DNA of 43,099 bases from a virus (taxonomy: Duplodnaviria > Caudoviricetes): IMG/VR virus record IMGVR_UViG_3300011337_000085, positions 1 through 43,099 of that record; one strand, given 5' to 3'. The position numbers and the translations under genes were made by a program. Below the pieces are notes generated by a model, which had not been told where the DNA came from, did no database searches, and was given only the letters and a program-made list of their open reading frames with translations. Position 1 is the first letter of the stretch; every line of letters starts with the position of its first letter. Below, in pieces: positions 18,214-27,050 of the stretch.

Positions 18214-18504
18214 ATGAACACTGAAATGCTTATTCGTTTTGTTGATGATCTGATCCATGACGTTAAGTCATACCAAAGTCGTACTTCAGAGGACAGGAAA
18301 GATGCTATTCGTGTCTTTGCTAATGTCATTGAGGGTGAAGAAGGAACTCTTGAGTCATATGAGACTGTCGCAGATGGTCTGGTAGATGCAACTGAGGCTC
18401 TGGAACGTGCCAAAGAACGTTTTGGTGTAGTTGAAGATATGCTTTTGAAGCTGATTAACGACATTGATCGTGAAGTACTGTCACATAAGGTGCAATCACG
18501 ATGA
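18214..18504 (+). CDS. Hypothetical helical protein
   Basis: SD GGAGG. Confidence 0.7.
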   Translation: MNTEMLIRFVDDLIHDVKSYQSRTSEDRKDAIRVFANVIEGEEGTLESYETVADGLVDATEALERAKERFGVVEDMLLKLINDIDREVLSHKVQSR

Positions 18505-18692
18505 ACTGGATGCCTATTGAAACTGCCCCCATCAGAAAGCTAATACTGTTGTTCTCACAACCATATGGATACAATAGGCTGGGAGAGTTTGCTGTGGGAT
18601 ATGTAAACCCTGCTTGGGTGGGACAACCAGACTACAAATACACGCACTGGATGCCTTTACCAGAGCCACCTGAAGAACTTGACAATACCTAA
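18501..18692 (+). CDS. DUF551-like protein
   Basis: W.PIETAP...THWMPLPEPP. Confidence 0.8.
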   Translation: MNWMPIETAPIRKLILLFSQPYGYNRLGEFAVGYVNPAWVGQPDYKYTHWMPLPEPPEELDNT

Positions 18693-18707
18693 CGAATCAG
18701 CTATATA
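18679..18707 (+). promoter_or_regulatory. sigma70 promoter TTGACA-N17-TATATA with GAATC in spacer
   Basis: Perfect -35 and 17-nt spacer upstream of 18742. Confidence 0.7.
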
Positions 18708-18741
18708 GAATACAACAACAACGTAAGAAAGAGGAAACCAA

Positions 18742-19011
18742 ATGACAATCTTCGTATCACCAACCGTAGTAGATGCTTTCGTCACTGGCCGTAAGATCAA
18801 GGGTCAGTTTGCTACCGTTAAGTTCATCAAGCAAGATGGTTCCTTGCGTGTTATCAATGGATGCTTTGCTCCCCTGTCGCATATTGTAGGTTCTGAGCGT
18901 GGTGTTATGCAAGGTGAAGCTATGAAGGCTCGTGGCCAGTGTGCTATCTATGATGTGTCAGAAGGTAAGTGGAAGTCCTTCTATCTGAACAAAGTAGTGG
19001 AAATCGCGTAA
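18742..19011 (+). CDS. SH3 / WYL-like beta-barrel protein
   Basis: VKFIKQDGSLR...YD.....WKSF motif. Confidence 0.6.
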   Translation: MTIFVSPTVVDAFVTGRKIKGQFATVKFIKQDGSLRVINGCFAPLSHIVGSERGVMQGEAMKARGQCAIYDVSEGKWKSFYLNKVVEIA

Positions 19012-19029
19012 GCATAAGGAATACCTACG

Positions 19030-19179
19030 ATGGAAAACAATCTTCCTCAGTGGCTACAAAAAGAACTGGATCAGTTTGGCATCTTTGGTGATGATCTTCC
19101 AGTAATCAAACCTAAACTTAAGTCCCCAGAGTCAACAGGTTGGGTTCCATCGTATCTTGGGGAAGAACCCCCCTTCTAA
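19030..19179 (+). CDS. 49-aa protein ending in GEEPPF
   Basis: SD AAGGA; MENNLPQWLQKELDQFG...WVPSYLGEEPPF; absent from the ORF track. Confidence 0.7.
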   Translation: MENNLPQWLQKELDQFGIFGDDLPVIKPKLKSPESTGWVPSYLGEEPPF

Positions 19180-19190
19180 GGGAATAACAC

Positions 19191-19481
19191 ATGACAAAAG
19201 TTCGTATGGAACTACATAAGGTAAACACTGTAGTATGTGATGGCCACACAGTCACTGGTCATGGGGGCAATAGTGGTATCCCATACATGGCTAGACACCT
19301 TATCTCACTAGGATATGACCCACTGGCTGAGTTTGTATGCTATCGTGGGGATACACTATGTATTTCTGGTGGTACTCTTGAGGCTTGGTCAAAGATTAAC
19401 TACGTAGAGACTGACGATAAGTCTACTAAACGCAAGAAGTATATACCATTCAAATGGAGTACTAAAGATGTTCTTTCGTAA
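19191..19481 (+). CDS. Hypothetical protein
   Basis: ORF in operon with SD. Confidence 0.65.
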   Translation: MTKVRMELHKVNTVVCDGHTVTGHGGNSGIPYMARHLISLGYDPLAEFVCYRGDTLCISGGTLEAWSKINYVETDDKSTKRKKYIPFKWSTKDVLS

Positions 19482-19749
19482 AAACTACCTTCCAGACTTG
19501 ACTATCCATCAAGACTCAAAGACAGGGAAATACTTTGCTAAAGGTGTAGACAAGTATGATACCACAGTAAGGTTCTGTGAATACCTTGACCATAAGGGTG
19601 GGGATAAATATGTAGTATCTAGTTATGGTGTTACTTTGTATGAAACAGTTGACAGTCTTGTCAAAGCACTATATGAGTATGCTTCTGAGGAACATCTGAA
19701 GTATATACATAAGGAACTTACTTTCAACACAGTTAAGATTAAACTGTAG
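19468..19749 (+). CDS. Hypothetical protein
   Basis: ORF with SD GGAG. Confidence 0.6.
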   Translation: MFFRKNYLPDLTIHQDSKTGKYFAKGVDKYDTTVRFCEYLDHKGGDKYVVSSYGVTLYETVDSLVKALYEYASEEHLKYIHKELTFNTVKIKL

Positions 19750-19760
19750 GAGACATTAAA

Positions 19761-20039
19761 ATGAAACTATGGGTGATTAGGTCGGAGCAACACCTTGGGT
19801 ATGATACCTTTGACAGTGCAGTGATTGCCGCTGAGACAGAGCAAGAGGCTAGGTTTACGGCACCAGATGGTGACACATGGGATGGCACTAAGTGGACTAC
19901 TACAGTTAATGGTAAAATATATGCACAATCAGACATGTACAGTGCATGGTGTCACCCTGATCAGGTCAGTGTGGAGTATCTTGGCGAGACTAGTCGGGAT
20001 ATTCATGGGCCTATTGTGTCAAGCTTTAACGCAGGATAA
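19761..20039 (+). CDS. Conserved hypothetical phage protein
   Basis: GYDTFDSAVIAAE and C-terminal SFNAG motif; SD AGGAG. Confidence 0.7.
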   Translation: MKLWVIRSEQHLGYDTFDSAVIAAETEQEARFTAPDGDTWDGTKWTTTVNGKIYAQSDMYSAWCHPDQVSVEYLGETSRDIHGPIVSSFNAG

Positions 20040-20050
20040 GGAGAAATAGA

Positions 20051-20644
20051 ATGGCTAACCTAGCATGGCACTTCACTGGTAATAAACTTAGGGATGGTTC
20101 ATCTATTCCTGCTGTGGGTCAAAAGCTTATCTTCAAGGGGGGTATCGAGATTTGTTCTCATGGATATCATTGGTCCAAGCAACCCTACGATGCACTACAA
20201 TATGCACCGGGAACAAAGCTCCATCTTGTTGAGTATGGTGGTATTGTTCAGGAGCAAGAGGATAAGGGTTGTTCTTCTGAAAGGACTATCCTTAAGTCTA
20301 TTGATGCTACTACACTACTCAGACGTTTTGCTGCTGATCAGGCTCTATCAGTAGCATATCTTTGGAATATGCCTGATGTTGTGCGGGAATACCTGACAAC
20401 GTTAGATGAAAAACTTCGTGTTGCTGCTTATGCTGCTGCTGCTTATGCTTATGCTGCTGCTGATTATGCTGCTGCTGCTTCTTATGCTGCTGATGCTGCT
20501 TCTTATGCTGCTACTGCTGCTGCTGATTATGCTTGCCGCGCTGCTCGTGCTGATTATGCTGCTCGTGCTGCTGCTGATGCTGATACTCGTAAAGACTTCA
20601 ACAATAGGGTTTACAAAGCTTTCAATATGGAGGTAACACAATGA
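20051..20644 (+). CDS. Hypothetical protein with Ala-rich repeat tract
   Basis: C..G.H.S....DAL.YA N-terminal domain, then A/Y/D/R low-complexity tract. Confidence 0.75.
   Translation: MANLAWHFTGNKLRDGSSIPAVGQKLIFKGGIEICSHGYHWSKQPYDALQYAPGTKLHLVEYGGIVQEQEDKGCSSERTILKSIDATTLLRRFAADQALSVAYLWNMPDVVREYLTTLDEKLRVAAYAAAAYAYAAADYAAAASYAADAASYAATAAADYACRAARADYAARAAADADTRKDFNNRVYKAFNMEVTQ
20423..20584 (+). repeat. GCT-based trinucleotide low-complexity tract
   Basis: Runs of GCT interrupted by TAT/GAT/CGT/ACT/TCT. Confidence 0.9.
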
Positions 20645-21393
20645 CACAAGACTTCACAGACGAACATCGGACCAAGCTGATTGCTTACTTGGAAACGCAT
20701 GATTTACCATCAGGTCTGGGTGATGAACACGGCGCTTGTACCCTTGCAGCAATCCGGCTGGCGTATGATGGTCAGCTTAACGACGAGGTAATTGACTGCA
20801 TGTCGCCCGTTCTTGGGAAGGCTGCAATGAGGCTGCAAGATGTCATGCCAGACGAAATGCGAAACAGCGCACGATATAAGGCCCTGATCCCCAACATGCC
20901 GGGAACAGGAAGGGAGCTTGAGGCTGAACGGCTGGCAGTGCTGATGGACTGGATGTGGACTGTCGTCTTGCCGCAACTTCAGCCTATCGCGGACAATGGC
21001 GGATTTGGCGCTGAATGGCGGGACATGTGCGAAACCAAGACGCCTGATGCTGCTAAGACTGCTGCTTATGCTGCTGATGCTGCTCGTACTGCTGCTGGTG
21101 CTGGTGCTGCTGCTGATTATGCTGATTATGCTGCTCGTACTGCTGCTCGTACTGCTGCTTATGCTGTTGATGCTGCTGATTATGCTGCTGCTGATGCTGA
21201 TTACGCTGCTCGTACTACTGCTTATGCTGCTCGTACTGCTGCTGGTGCTGGTGCTGCTGCTGATTATGCTGCTGATTATGCTGCTGCTGATGCTGCTGAT
21301 TATGCTGCTGCACGCAGAACCTTCTGGGAAGCGGTTGATCCTATCGGTGTGCTTGAGCGCATGACCTACTTGGAGATGAACAATGCGGAGTAA
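20641..21393 (+). CDS. Hypothetical protein with Ala-rich repeat tract
   Basis: L..G.G....AC...D...C.SP...LQD.MP N-terminal domain, then Ala tract; SD GGAGG. Confidence 0.75.
   Translation: MTQDFTDEHRTKLIAYLETHDLPSGLGDEHGACTLAAIRLAYDGQLNDEVIDCMSPVLGKAAMRLQDVMPDEMRNSARYKALIPNMPGTGRELEAERLAVLMDWMWTVVLPQLQPIADNGGFGAEWRDMCETKTPDAAKTAAYAADAARTAAGAGAAADYADYAARTAARTAAYAVDAADYAAADADYAARTTAYAARTAAGAGAAADYAADYAAADAADYAAARRTFWEAVDPIGVLERMTYLEMNNAE
21046..21312 (+). repeat. GCT-based trinucleotide tract with an internal 48-bp duplication
   Basis: 21077-21124 is identical to 21224-21271. Confidence 0.9.
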
Positions 21394-21586
21394 CCTTATC
21401 AAACGACTACGTAACCCTGCTTTCTTTACTGAAACCAGTGAGCGTAACCTTATGAACGAAGCTGCTGATGCACTTGAGGGTATGCTAAAGGAGTTTGAAA
21501 ACCTACAGTTTCTTTTTCATGCCACATACAATAGACATGTCTCAGAGATTGAGGAACTTGAGAGTAAACTGGGGGCCAAGCCATGA
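21383..21586 (+). CDS. Hypothetical coiled-coil protein
   Basis: LIKRLR...EAADALE motif common in phage early genes. Confidence 0.65.
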   Translation: MRSNLIKRLRNPAFFTETSERNLMNEAADALEGMLKEFENLQFLFHATYNRHVSEIEELESKLGAKP

Positions 21587-21885
21587 CTGATGAAGAACTG
21601 ATCAAGCGTCCACTTGACGAAGAATTTGACACGATGATGGAGGTTCAGAGAAACCCTTGCGGGGCGTGGATGGCTATTCAAGAGCAGGCCTACCAAATTG
21701 AGGCGCTGGAAACCAAGCTGGCCAAGGCGATTGAGGTGCTGAACTTTTACGGCGACACCAAGAACTACGAAATCAGATGGGTCAGAAAAGATTGCGGATG
21801 TTGCTCTGATGGGGTTCGGGTAATTCCCGAGAATGACAAGGGAACCATCGCCCGCACCGCACTTGCAGAACTAAGGAAAGAATGA
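21583..21885 (+). CDS. Hypothetical protein
   Basis: ATGA coupling; IEALE.KL..A...L.FY...AR.AL. Confidence 0.65.
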   Translation: MTDEELIKRPLDEEFDTMMEVQRNPCGAWMAIQEQAYQIEALETKLAKAIEVLNFYGDTKNYEIRWVRKDCGCCSDGVRVIPENDKGTIARTALAELRKE

Positions 21886-22154
21886 TAATGGAATATACAG
21901 TAGATATGAAAGACCCCGTTAGTGGGAATTATGTAGTTGTAGTTGCTAAACTCTATGGTGATGGAGAATACGAAGATTACTCTGATCTTGAGACTGGATC
22001 AACTTGGGTAGATATTACGGGTGATCCTAGTTTTTATGACTACACCTATGAAGATACAATGACTGGTGCTATTGGTGTTATGCCAGAGGCTTGGAAAGAA
22101 AGTGTTGATCTTATCCTTTGCAACATCTATTGGGATAGGGAACTTAATCGTTGA
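21882..22154 (+). CDS. Hypothetical acidic protein
   Basis: Coupled ORF with SD AAGGA. Confidence 0.6.
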   Translation: MIMEYTVDMKDPVSGNYVVVVAKLYGDGEYEDYSDLETGSTWVDITGDPSFYDYTYEDTMTGAIGVMPEAWKESVDLILCNIYWDRELNR

Positions 22155-22708
22155 ACACAATAGTTGACTACCACAAGCTCTGTAAGGCTATTGCCTCACG
22201 CTATCGGGTTACACTAGACCAACGTGATGATCTGATCCAAGAAGGTTACTTGGCCTACTTAGAATGTGTAGATAAGGGTTGTACTCACCCTGATGTGATT
22301 GAGACAAGCATCAGACATGCGATGTATAGCTACACCAACTTCAAGCAAAGACCTATCGAAGTACCATCACGTAAAGACTACTATGGCCTTAAGAAGAGGT
22401 GGGAGAACCTAGAGACACTGGACGGTCTTAGTGCCACTGAAAAGGCCCTATACTTTGCCCTGACAGGGGAATATGTGTCTATAGATGCCTTAGACAAAGA
22501 GACACTAGAGGAATCCCACGAAGACTTCCTAGCCTTGGGTATGGCGGTTACAAAAGCCCTAGACGAACAAGAAGCATCTGTATTTCGTAAGATTGCCTTG
22601 CATGGCTATGAGTTTCATGAGGTTGGTAACTCTCTTGGTGTTTCAAAACAGAGGGTTAGTCAAATCTACCAAGGCGCACTAGAGAAGCTACGAGAGATAC
22701 TACTGTGA
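22151..22708 (+). CDS. Phage sigma70-family (region 2 + region 4) transcription factor
   Basis: DDLIQEG region-2 motif; EVG..LGVSKQRVSQI...ALEKLR region-4 HTH. Confidence 0.85.
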   Translation: MNTIVDYHKLCKAIASRYRVTLDQRDDLIQEGYLAYLECVDKGCTHPDVIETSIRHAMYSYTNFKQRPIEVPSRKDYYGLKKRWENLETLDGLSATEKALYFALTGEYVSIDALDKETLEESHEDFLALGMAVTKALDEQEASVFRKIALHGYEFHEVGNSLGVSKQRVSQIYQGALEKLREILL

Positions 22709-22744
22709 CACTATGGCAACACTTCTGGTATTGCTGTTTGGGTT

Positions 22745-22788
22745 GCTTGACGATTGAACAAAAAAGGTACCTATAAGTAAGTAGGGAC
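22745..22788 (+). promoter_or_regulatory. Variant of the conserved phage promoter element upstream of primase-helicase
   Basis: GCTTGACGATTGAACAAAAAAGGTACCTATAAGTAAGTAGGGAC. Confidence 0.75.
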
Positions 22789-22929
22789 ATTAGTTTTCTT
22801 CTACTATAGTTTGAACCTATAGGAAAAACAAAGGAAGAAGAAAAACAAGAGCCTTTGTAGAAGGCTATAGTATATCTCTTTATTATGTAGCCACTACGTA
22901 AGTATCAAACAGAAGGACTAAACTATAGT

Positions 22930-24660
22930 ATGGGAGAACGATCACATATACCCTGTCCAGACGATAACTGTGGTAGTAGTGATGCCTACAGTTGGAATGA
23001 AGAACTTGAGGTTGGCCATTGTCAGTCTTGTGATCTTGGAACTTGGGTGTTCAAAGGAAGTCTATGGGCTAAACACGGTAAGAATGGAAAACCTTGGGTT
23101 CTTAAGGAAAGTATAGAAGATATGGAAGACGTATTTAAGGGATCGCAGAGTACCATGCTTGAGGAAGAACTAAAGACTAAACCTGTAGTCAGTAAGGATG
23201 GTTTCTACTCTGAGTTCAGGGGTATCAAGGGACACGTAAGGGAGTTTTATGGTGTAAAGCAATATCACAGCCCCAATCGTGTAGAGTACAAGTACCCTTC
23301 CGGTGGGATCAAAACACGATACATTGACGAAAAGTCTTTCTCTGCTTCCAAAGGCTTTACCCTTGATGAACTCTTCGGTATGAACTACTTCCCCTCTGGC
23401 AGTAGTAAGTATCTGGTGATTACTGAGGGTGAAGAGGACGCTATGGCTGCATACCAGATGCTTTCAGTCAATGGCTACACAACCCCATGCGTATCTCTAC
23501 CATCAGCAACACCTAAGAAGTCTATCTGGGAGAAGTGTTTCAAGTGGCTAGATAGTTTTGAGAAGATTGTCTTATCATTAGATAACGATGGTAAAGGCGA
23601 TCACATCAAGGAAACCCTATTCGACCTCTTCCCCAACAAGATTTATACGATGGACCACGGGGACGTTAAGGATGCTAATGACTTCCTCCTTCAAGGGAAA
23701 CAGAAGTCCTATCGTGATGCTTGGTGGAAAGCTAAAGCCTACTCTCCTGCTGGATTTGTAGCCTCAGTAGAAGACTGGTTCTCTGCCCTAGAAGACGAGA
23801 CACCTTACGAATATACACCTACCCCCATCAAGGGATTTAATGAGATTAACCGTGGTCTTGTTAAGGGTGGTATCACAGTCTTTAAGGCACTACCGGGTAC
23901 AGGCAAGTCCAGTATGCTCCGTATGCTACAGCATGATCTAGTAGTCTCTCACGGTAAGACTGTGGCTGTCCTGATGATGGAGGAAATGAAGTCCACCACT
24001 GGTCGTGCTATGGCTACATATGAACTAGGCAAGAACGTAATGACACGTGAGGATGCTGATAAGAATGGTGTAGCTGAGACGGAAGTGAAAGAAGCTCTTA
24101 GGACTGTCGTAGGGGATCGTAAGTTTGTATCCTTCGACATTAACCCACAGAACCCGATTGAGGATACCTTACGTCAATGTAAGTATGCTGTGGCTGTCTA
24201 CGGGGCTGAGTATATCTTTGTTGATCACTTGCAGCGTCTAGCCTATCTGGGTGGAACTGAGAATGCCACCTCTGCCCTGACTGAACTTGGTGTAAAACTT
24301 ACTGAATTTGCTAAACGCAAGAATATCGGGATCATGTGTATCTCTCACGTAAACCAAGACGGTAAGACTAAGTATGCTTCATCTATCGAAGAAGAAGCCA
24401 TTATGATTATTGAAATGCAACGTGACAAACAGTCGGATGATCCTAGAGAACAGAACACTACTTACCTTAGTACCTCTAAGAACCGTCCTTTTGCCTTGAC
24501 TGGCCCCTGTGGTATGCTTATGTACGACAAGGATACAACAATGGTGTCTGAACGATTTGGTATTAGTACAGACGACAGTAGTGTGTTTGATGATCCCATT
24601 GCGGAGAATACAGTGGTTAAACTACGCAAAACATCAGGAGATACAGACTTTGGATTCTAG
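22930..24660 (+). CDS. T7 gp4-like primase-helicase
   Basis: Cys zinc finger, TOPRIM ITEGEEDA / DND.KG / KDAND, Walker A PGTGKS, FVDHL, KNR. Confidence 0.95.
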   Translation: MGERSHIPCPDDNCGSSDAYSWNEELEVGHCQSCDLGTWVFKGSLWAKHGKNGKPWVLKESIEDMEDVFKGSQSTMLEEELKTKPVVSKDGFYSEFRGIKGHVREFYGVKQYHSPNRVEYKYPSGGIKTRYIDEKSFSASKGFTLDELFGMNYFPSGSSKYLVITEGEEDAMAAYQMLSVNGYTTPCVSLPSATPKKSIWEKCFKWLDSFEKIVLSLDNDGKGDHIKETLFDLFPNKIYTMDHGDVKDANDFLLQGKQKSYRDAWWKAKAYSPAGFVASVEDWFSALEDETPYEYTPTPIKGFNEINRGLVKGGITVFKALPGTGKSSMLRMLQHDLVVSHGKTVAVLMMEEMKSTTGRAMATYELGKNVMTREDADKNGVAETEVKEALRTVVGDRKFVSFDINPQNPIEDTLRQCKYAVAVYGAEYIFVDHLQRLAYLGGTENATSALTELGVKLTEFAKRKNIGIMCISHVNQDGKTKYASSIEEEAIMIIEMQRDKQSDDPREQNTTYLSTSKNRPFALTGPCGMLMYDKDTTMVSERFGISTDDSSVFDDPIAENTVVKLRKTSGDTDFGF

Positions 24661-24811
24661 TAAAGAACAAACTGTTGCTACACTATCAGGTGAAACGATT
24701 GACATGATCGCTATTGATAGCCTCAAGTGGCACATGGAGGATAAAGATATGGAACCTTTACAAGCTGAAGCCTTCCGAATTGTCCTACGTTACTATGGAG
24801 TATCTGTATGA
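24650..24811 (+). CDS. Hypothetical protein (about 53 aa)
   Basis: TTG start after AGGAG; fills the gap. Confidence 0.5.
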   Translation: MDSSKEQTVATLSGETIDMIAIDSLKWHMEDKDMEPLQAEAFRIVLRYYGVSV

Positions 24812-25008
24812 CTTGGCACTATCAGGTGATGAAGCACGATGACGGTCAAGAGGTTTGGTATGGTGTACATGAGTATTATGAATTAGATGGTGGCGTTGGT
24901 TGGACAGCAAACCCCATTATCACAGCAGAGACCTTAGAGGAACTTAAGCAAATACCCAAGATGCTAGAACAAGACATTTACAAACATGGAGTTAAGGATT
25001 ACAAATGA
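24808..25008 (+). CDS. Conserved hypothetical phage protein
   Basis: W.Y.V....YGVHE.Y....GWT..P motif; coupled at both ends. Confidence 0.7.
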   Translation: MTWHYQVMKHDDGQEVWYGVHEYYELDGGVGWTANPIITAETLEELKQIPKMLEQDIYKHGVKDYK

Positions 25009-26912
25009 GAGAGGTTGTCTTCGACATTGAGACTGATGGGTTCTTGAATAAGCTCACTAAGGTCCATGTGGTTTCATGGCAAGACAATACTATGTCTAAA
25101 CCTACCAGTGACTATAGCCTAGAAGTAATAAAACAGCTTTATAGCGCAGAGATGATAATTGGCCATAATATCCTACGCTTCGATCTGGATGCTATTGAGA
25201 AGGTCTATGGTATCCGGCCAAACGAAAACACTATCCTTGTAGATACTCTGGTTCTTGCTTGGTACTTAGACTATGAACGTACAGAAAAGGGCCTTAACTA
25301 TGGCCTTGAAGCTTATGGTATCACCTTCGGTGTCCCTAAGCCTAAGATCACAGACTGGGATAGTTTAACCCGTGAGGAATACACCAACCGCTGCGAGGAA
25401 GACGTTAAGATCAACATGCGTCTTTGGTTACGCTTACGTAATAAACTTGTGGCTCTCTACGGTAAGAAGGACGATGAATCTCTATCTGATGACGCTATCC
25501 GTCTTATCCGTTACCTTAGTTTCAAACTACAGTGTGCCAATGACACAGAGAAGCTAGGTATTCGTCTTGACCATACGCTTGCTACAAAGATGTTTACTGA
25601 ACTAGAAGCCTTGAAAGAGGTTAAGACTAAAGAATTGGCCGAAGCAATGCCTCAGAAGGCAATCACTAAGCTGGTGAATAAGCCTAAGAAGCCCTACAAG
25701 GCTGATGGGACACTATCTGAGTATGGTAAGCAGTGGTTCTCTACCCTCAAAGACTATGGCCTTCCAGAAGCCACTGTAGGGCCTCTACGTGTGATTGATA
25801 GGTACGAGCAAGGTAATCCAGACTCTTCCCCTCAGATCAAAGACTGGTTGTATGGTCTTGGTTGGGAGCCTATCACCTTCAAGTATGAAAAAGACGAATA
25901 TGGCAATGAACGTAAGATTGAACAGGTACGTAAGGATGGTGAACTATGTGAATCTGTACTGCTGTTGAAAGACAAAGACCCTGCTATCGAATATCTTGAT
26001 GGTCTTACGGTCTTGACCCACCGTATCAGTATCTTCAAAGCCTATCTGAGTAGTGCGGAACAAGATGCTAATGGTGTATGGTGGATCAGGTCTAGGGTCG
26101 ATGGTCTGACGAATACCTTCCGCTTCAAACATAGGAAGCCTCTAGCCAACCTACCGGGTGTAGACAAACCCTATGGCCATGAGGTTCGTGCTTGCCTATT
26201 GGCACCTTCGGATGACCATGTTCTAGTGGGTGCAGATATGGTTAGCCTTGAGGATACCACCAAACGACACTACATGCAACCACTAGACCCTGACTATGTT
26301 GCAGCCATGAGCCAAGAGGGTTTTGACCCCCACCTCGACCTCGCACAGTTTGCAGGGGCCTGTAGTCAAGAAGAGATTGATGAGTACAATGCTGGTGGTG
26401 CCAGACACCTTAAGGCTATCCGTAAGGGCTACAAGGCAGCAAATTATAGTTGTGTCTACGGAGTTGGGGCACCCAAGTTGTCTAGGGCGTTAGGGTGCTC
26501 TGTAGGTGAAGCTAAGAAGCTCATAGATGCCTACTGGGACCGCAACTGGTCTATCAAGGAGATTGGTAGCCGACAAGTGACTAAGGTGCTTAAGGATGGC
26601 TCTCTGTGGCTACAGAACCCTGTCTCTGGATTCTGGCATAACCTTAGAGCAATCAAAGATTCCTTCTCCACGACAAACCAAAGTACAGGTGTCTATGTGT
26701 TTGACAACTGGTTGGCCTTTGTCCGTAAGGAAGGTGTTCCTATGGTCATGCAATACCACGACGAAGGATTGTTCTACACCAAGAGGGATGACACAGAACG
26801 GTTTGGCCCCTTGTTCCAGAGGGTAGAGAAAGCCTTGAACGAGAAACTACAACTTAACGTCAAGGTGTCTTCTGATTGGAAGACCGGAGATAACTATGCA
26901 GACGTACACTAA
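25005..26912 (+). CDS. polA: Family A DNA polymerase with 3'-5' exonuclease
   Basis: FDIETDG, GHNI..FD, motif A VGADM..LE, motif B KAANY..VYG, motif C YHDE. Confidence 0.95.
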   Translation: MREVVFDIETDGFLNKLTKVHVVSWQDNTMSKPTSDYSLEVIKQLYSAEMIIGHNILRFDLDAIEKVYGIRPNENTILVDTLVLAWYLDYERTEKGLNYGLEAYGITFGVPKPKITDWDSLTREEYTNRCEEDVKINMRLWLRLRNKLVALYGKKDDESLSDDAIRLIRYLSFKLQCANDTEKLGIRLDHTLATKMFTELEALKEVKTKELAEAMPQKAITKLVNKPKKPYKADGTLSEYGKQWFSTLKDYGLPEATVGPLRVIDRYEQGNPDSSPQIKDWLYGLGWEPITFKYEKDEYGNERKIEQVRKDGELCESVLLLKDKDPAIEYLDGLTVLTHRISIFKAYLSSAEQDANGVWWIRSRVDGLTNTFRFKHRKPLANLPGVDKPYGHEVRACLLAPSDDHVLVGADMVSLEDTTKRHYMQPLDPDYVAAMSQEGFDPHLDLAQFAGACSQEEIDEYNAGGARHLKAIRKGYKAANYSCVYGVGAPKLSRALGCSVGEAKKLIDAYWDRNWSIKEIGSRQVTKVLKDGSLWLQNPVSGFWHNLRAIKDSFSTTNQSTGVYVFDNWLAFVRKEGVPMVMQYHDEGLFYTKRDDTERFGPLFQRVEKALNEKLQLNVKVSSDWKTGDNYADVH

Positions 26913-26969
26913 CCATAAGTGTGACAAAAGAATCACACATTAGCTATATCTACATAAGTGCTTAGAATC

Positions 26970-27013
26970 GCTTGACGATTGACGAAAAAAGGTACCTATA
27001 TATAAGTAGGGGG
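26970..27013 (+). promoter_or_regulatory. Conserved phage promoter element upstream of SSB
   Basis: GCTTGACGATTGACGAAAAAAGGTACCTATATATAAGTAGGGGG, identical to the reverse complement of 15168-15211. Confidence 0.8.
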
Positions 27014-27050
27014 ACGAACTCCCTAACTAACCCCAAAGGAAAACCCGACA

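Noticed and set aside
20423-21312. CRISPR array or diversity-generating retroelement
   Set aside because: No constant repeat with unique spacers, no reverse transcriptase, no adenine-specific TR/VR pair seen
20402-21402. Poly-Leu and poly-Ser ORFs (20406, 20996, 20402, 20710)
   Set aside because: Alternative-frame shadows of the GCT tracts
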